DNA of 63,857 bases, filler included, from Craspedostauros australis (Eukaryota), in the NCBI GenBank assembly GCA_030167865.1. It is 21 parts of 21 records of this genome, joined end to end, with 100 filler letters (N's around TTAATTAATTAA, not from the genome) between each part and the next. Parts side by side here need not be neighbours in the genome. Positions count along the whole stretch, not along the records: positions 59,512 to 62,347 come from JALAGF010001387.1; positions 62,448 to 63,857 come from JALAGF010001389.1; 19 more parts are not named here. One strand, 5' to 3'. The stretch's first letter is position 1; each line of letters opens with the position of its first letter. Below are positions 59,958 through 63,857 of the stretch, piece by piece. The notes below the pieces were generated by a model. It was not told the origin of the DNA, did not search any database, and saw only the letters and a list, made by a program, of their open reading frames with translations. A program made the position numbers and the translations under genes.

Positions 59958-62320
59958 TCATATCTCAAATATTGGATGCCCGTTGTCCAGCTCGTATTGA
60001 ATCAATACACAGCAGGCTTCAAAAACACATTGATGCTTCTCAATATCATTCCGATAGTCATGCACCAGCGCCTTGAAGTTCTTTATTCTCCCATTAAAAC
60101 TCTCGTGTCGAGCCCTTGCTCGATTCTTGAACTTTTTCACAGCAGCAGAATCGAGTGGATTTGGAGCACTGATGGTGGGCTCATTGCGATATCCACCATC
60201 AGCGATTACCATTCCTCCTGGTGGCAATTTGCTCTTGAGGCCATCAGGCTTGCGATACATCACGAGGTCTGATGTTGACGCAGGGAAGGGGCCGTTGATC
60301 CAAACAAGCTTGCTGTCTGCAAGTGATATGCCAAGCTCATATGTGAGCCCTGCAGAGTGGGACTTGTGGCTGTACCACTTCGTTCCAGGATCAGTTCGAG
60401 GCTCGTAAATCTTGATGTGGACCCCATCAACACTGATCAAGAAGTGCTTGTCATCAGCAGACAGTTCAACATTATGTGGAGGCCAGATGACCTGAGAGAA
60501 TAAATGCAAAAGAAACGAGAAGCACCAGAAGACTTTGTGAGCATGGAGCATGATGGGAAGTGGTCTCGGTTGTGCACAATGACTTACCTTGTTCGGGAGC
60601 AAGGCTTGGATCGCTGGCAGATATGACCAGACGAGAGATCGGATTGTTTTCTCATCCAAGCCCCACCGGCCTGCCATGACATGCTCTGTATTGTATGCCT
60701 TGAGCCAGTTCAACACAACAAATGCATCATATGGACGCGGCTGTTTCACTTTGTGTTCTGTCTCGATGTTGGACAAATCAACAAGGAGACAGCCGAAGCT
60801 CTCTGGGCTCACGCCATACATTGCGGAAAACCGAGATTTTCTTGTTCGTTCCGCCATCCTGGTCTGACGGAAGCCCGCATAGTGGAGGCCAAGCCCCAAT
60901 ATCTCATCACAAGACAAAAAGTCGACTTCGGTTGCATTGGTGGTTGCGTAGTTGCTAGTTGGATGTGTTACTTGGTGTTGGCGTTGTGCTTGTTGCTGGC
61001 TGCCTCCGATGGCATTTTGCCTTGCCAACCTGCTCCTTTGTTGGATGCTGGGCAAATCGGTTGGCTGTGCTCCTCTGCTTGCAGGTTGCCTTGCCAATCT
61101 GCTCCTTCGTTGGATGCTTGGCGAATTGGCTGGCTGTGCTCCTTGGTGGCTGCTTCTTCTGCTGGCAGGTTGGCTTGCCGATTTTCCCCTTCGTTGGATG
61201 ATCGGGAAATTGATCGGATATTCTTCGCGTTGGCTGATTCCTCTGCTGGTGGGTTGCCTATCCGAGCTGCTCCTTTGTTGGATGCTTGGCGAATCGGTTG
61301 ACTGTGCTCCTCCTCTGGCAGGTTGCCTTGCCGATCTGCTCCTTTGCTGGATGATGGGGAAATTGGCCTGCTGTTTGGTGCAGTGGCTGCTGCCTCTGCT
61401 GGCAGGTTGCCTTGCCAACCTGCCCCTTCGTTGCATGCTTGGCGAATTGGCCAGTTGTGCTCCTTGCTGGCTGCCTCCACTGGCAGGTTGCCTTGCCAAG
61501 GTTCCCCTTCGTTGCATGCTTGGCGAATCGGCCAGTTGCGCTCCTTGCTGGCTGCCTCCACTGGCGGGTTGCCTTGCCAAGATTCCCTTTCGTTGGATGC
61601 TTGGCAAATCAGTTGGCTGTGCTCCTTGTTGGCTGCTTCCTATGCTGGCAGGTTGCCTTTCCGATCTTCCCCTTTGTTGGATGATTGGGGGATTGGTGAG
61701 CTGTTCTTCGCGTTGGCTGCTGCTTTCACTCGCAGGTTGCCCTGCTGACCTGCTCCTTCGTTGCATGATTGGCAAATTGGTGGTTGTGCTCCTGATTGGC
61801 TGCTACCTCTGCTGGCAAGTTGCCTTGCTAATCTGCCCCTTCGTTGGATGATCAAGGGATTGGCCGGATGTTCTTTGCGTTGGCTGCTTCCTGTGCTGGC
61901 GGGTTGCCTTGCCAATGTGCTCCTTCGCTGGATACTTGGCGAATCGGTCAGCTGTGCTCCTTGTTGGCTGCTGCCTCTGCTGGCGAGTTGCTTTGCCAAC
62001 TTGCTCCGTCATTGGATGCTTGGATTATTGTTGCTTGCTGGTGTTGTTGGCTGCCTGGTTCCCTGCTTTCCTTGTTTGACTGTTCCTCTGTTGAATTGTT
62101 GGGAGGTCAAAAGGGTGGTCGATTCCTTGATTGCTCTTCTTGGTTCTTTTCTCTTTGGGATGTTGGCATCTCGGTGAGTTGTTTGTTGACGAGCGCCAAA
62201 TTCGCGTTGTTTGGAATCAGCGCGAATCCAGCCTGAGCTTGATACGACTAGATTTAGTCTTGGTGGGAACCTGTGAGCCATGATTTTTGTCGTTGGATCT
62301 TGGTGCGACATTACTTTCAT
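59958..62320 (-). mobile_element. PIF/Harbinger-family DDE transposase with intron 60492-60587 and a disrupted repeat-rich 5' extension
   Basis: LISVDGVHIKIYEP, WYSHK...AGL.YELGI, WINGPFPA..SD, IADGGYR, RARARHESFNGRIKNF; 96-nt GTAAGT...CTCAG intron; upstream TGA at 62009-62011 and a frameshift near 61780. Confidence 0.88.
60985..62030 (-). repeat. About 14 tandem 60-75 bp units encoding QRRSRLARQPASRGSSQQGAQPTDSPSI-like peptides
   Basis: Recurring GCTGGCAGGTTGCCTTGCCAA and TTCGTTGGATG on the plus strand. Confidence 0.88.
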
Positions 62321-62447
62321 TGGAACGTCATCACTGTCATTGGAACGNNNNNNNNNNNNNNNNNNNNNNNNNNNNNNNNNNNNNNNNNNNNTTAATTAAT
62401 TAANNNNNNNNNNNNNNNNNNNNNNNNNNNNNNNNNNNNNNNNNNNN

Positions 62448-63857
62448 CAGGAACTGCTCACGAGTCTTGCGCCACTGCTTGTCCAGCTTGAACTTGATGA
62501 TGTCGTCACGGATGCGTCGGATGGTGTTGACCGCAGTAGCACCAGTGGTGTACTCGCGAACCAGCATGCAGTAGACGGCTTGGCCGTCACAGATCGACTC
62601 GTACGGAGTGACACACTTCCTACTCTTCGTGGTCTGCAGGTTGGATACAAACACGTTGAACAGGAAGGTGGACTGCACTTTGAAGAGCTCGGCTTGTTCA
62701 TCGGGCGGGGTGTAGCCAACATCGAGAACATTGGAGATGCCATGAGCAGCAGCGGTGGCACGCAGACGACGATGGAATGTAGCGAAGTACTTGTCATCAG
62801 ACAACTTGGGATAGTCGCTAATGTTACGCTTGATGCTACGGTTGAACTCCGTGGCGAGGTCGCGTCCGGTCTTCTCCGTTGGGTCGGTCTTCGTTGGTTC
62901 GAAGGGGAATGCGCTGGTGGCTGCGTCAGGCATGGCGGTGGAGGATGCGGGCGATGGTGTGAACGTCCGGGCGACATACTCCATGTATGAAGCTTGGTTG
63001 AGTTCCCGCCATGTCTCTACAGTGGGATTAGGTTGAACACTGAACCAGCCAATGGCATTCGTGAATTTTCGGATTGCTACCTTAGACAGTTGGGCTACGT
63101 AGTCGGGGTCTGGGTCAGGCACCTGGATGGTGACGTCCATATCGAGCATGTCTTCGCGATGGAGCGAAGCGAAATCCATGATGGTTCGGATCTCTTCGGT
63201 GTGCAAGATAAGCCATTCAGTGGACGAGTTGTCATATCCAAGAACGCTAAGGACGTGCGCCAGGATGGTGTCGTTGATTGGGATAGGATCGGGCATCGTG
63301 TTGCTGGGTGTTGCAAGGAGGTGGTTGTTGGTCCGGATTTGTTGCTATTTTATCGGACGCGTATTTTCCCGCAGCTCCCAAAAAAGTGGTCACACTTGAA
63401 AATGACTGTGCCGTCCGCTGTGATGTCGAAGTGTTCGCCGGGATGTGACGGTGGATTTCTGCGCTTGTCGGAATTCGTCGGGAATGGAAGTGGTGCCGGA
63501 TGCAAAGCGCCAGTGACGGCGAAGGCGTCAGCGGTGGTGTGATGTCACGAGTGGACTGCGGTTAATCCGTGCGCGATGTCTCGAATTGTGACTGACTGAC
63601 GGATGGAAGGCCAGACGAGACCGTGTGAATTTCCCGATTGATGAATGCGAAGATGACCGTGCTTAATCCGAGGCGAAGGATGACCGATGGAAAAATGTCA
63701 ACCAGGACCGTGTGAATTTCCCGTTTGGGCGATGTGTTGGCGCGCGACCCGAAGTCGGATGAATGACTGGGATGGCGAAGGAGTTGTGAGCCGGTGATGA
63801 CGCGCCAGTGATGGTACGAACTGAAGGAATTCGTAGCCAATCAGAAGGTGGACTGAG
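62448..63857 (-). mobile_element. CoDi-like copia 5' end: putative LTR/leader and gag N-terminus (63296 down to 62448, partial)
   Basis: EFNRSIKRNISDYPKLSDDKYF..FHR..ATAAAHGISNVLD..Y.P, DGQAVY, KLDKQW.K.REQFL, homologous to the 26470 gag; direct repeat GACCGTGTGAATTTCCC near 63620 and 63707. Confidence 0.88.

Overview
This window is not one locus. It is 21 short contigs joined by an artificial linker (N-run, TTAATTAATTAA, N-run), so neighbourhood across linkers means nothing. The content is eukaryotic and most consistent with a pennate diatom: GT-AG introns, a spliced NRT2 nitrate transporter, a DUF6824-type gene, a type II LRR receptor, two COG3899-like STAND tails, CoDi-type Ty1/copia elements, RNase H-bearing LINEs and a PIF/Harbinger transposon. 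About half of the sequence is TE or repeat. Several real genes are missing from, or mis-delimited in, the ORF track: the adhesin-like ORF at 2-1045, NRT2, and the spliced genes. Best leads: (1) a large 5'-truncated ORF starting with a tyrosine-recombinase-like catalytic end, followed by about 8 kb of satellites and telomere-variant repeats; (2) an LRR receptor with a near-clonal 72-bp framework but hypervariable concave-face codons; (3) a bacterial-style DxDGSE adhesin packed with N-glycosylation sequons; (4) a copia Pol with a >700-codon in-frame extension after RNase H; (5) a nested LTR-like insertion with a 5-bp TSD. All family calls are by-eye motif recognition; no searches were run.
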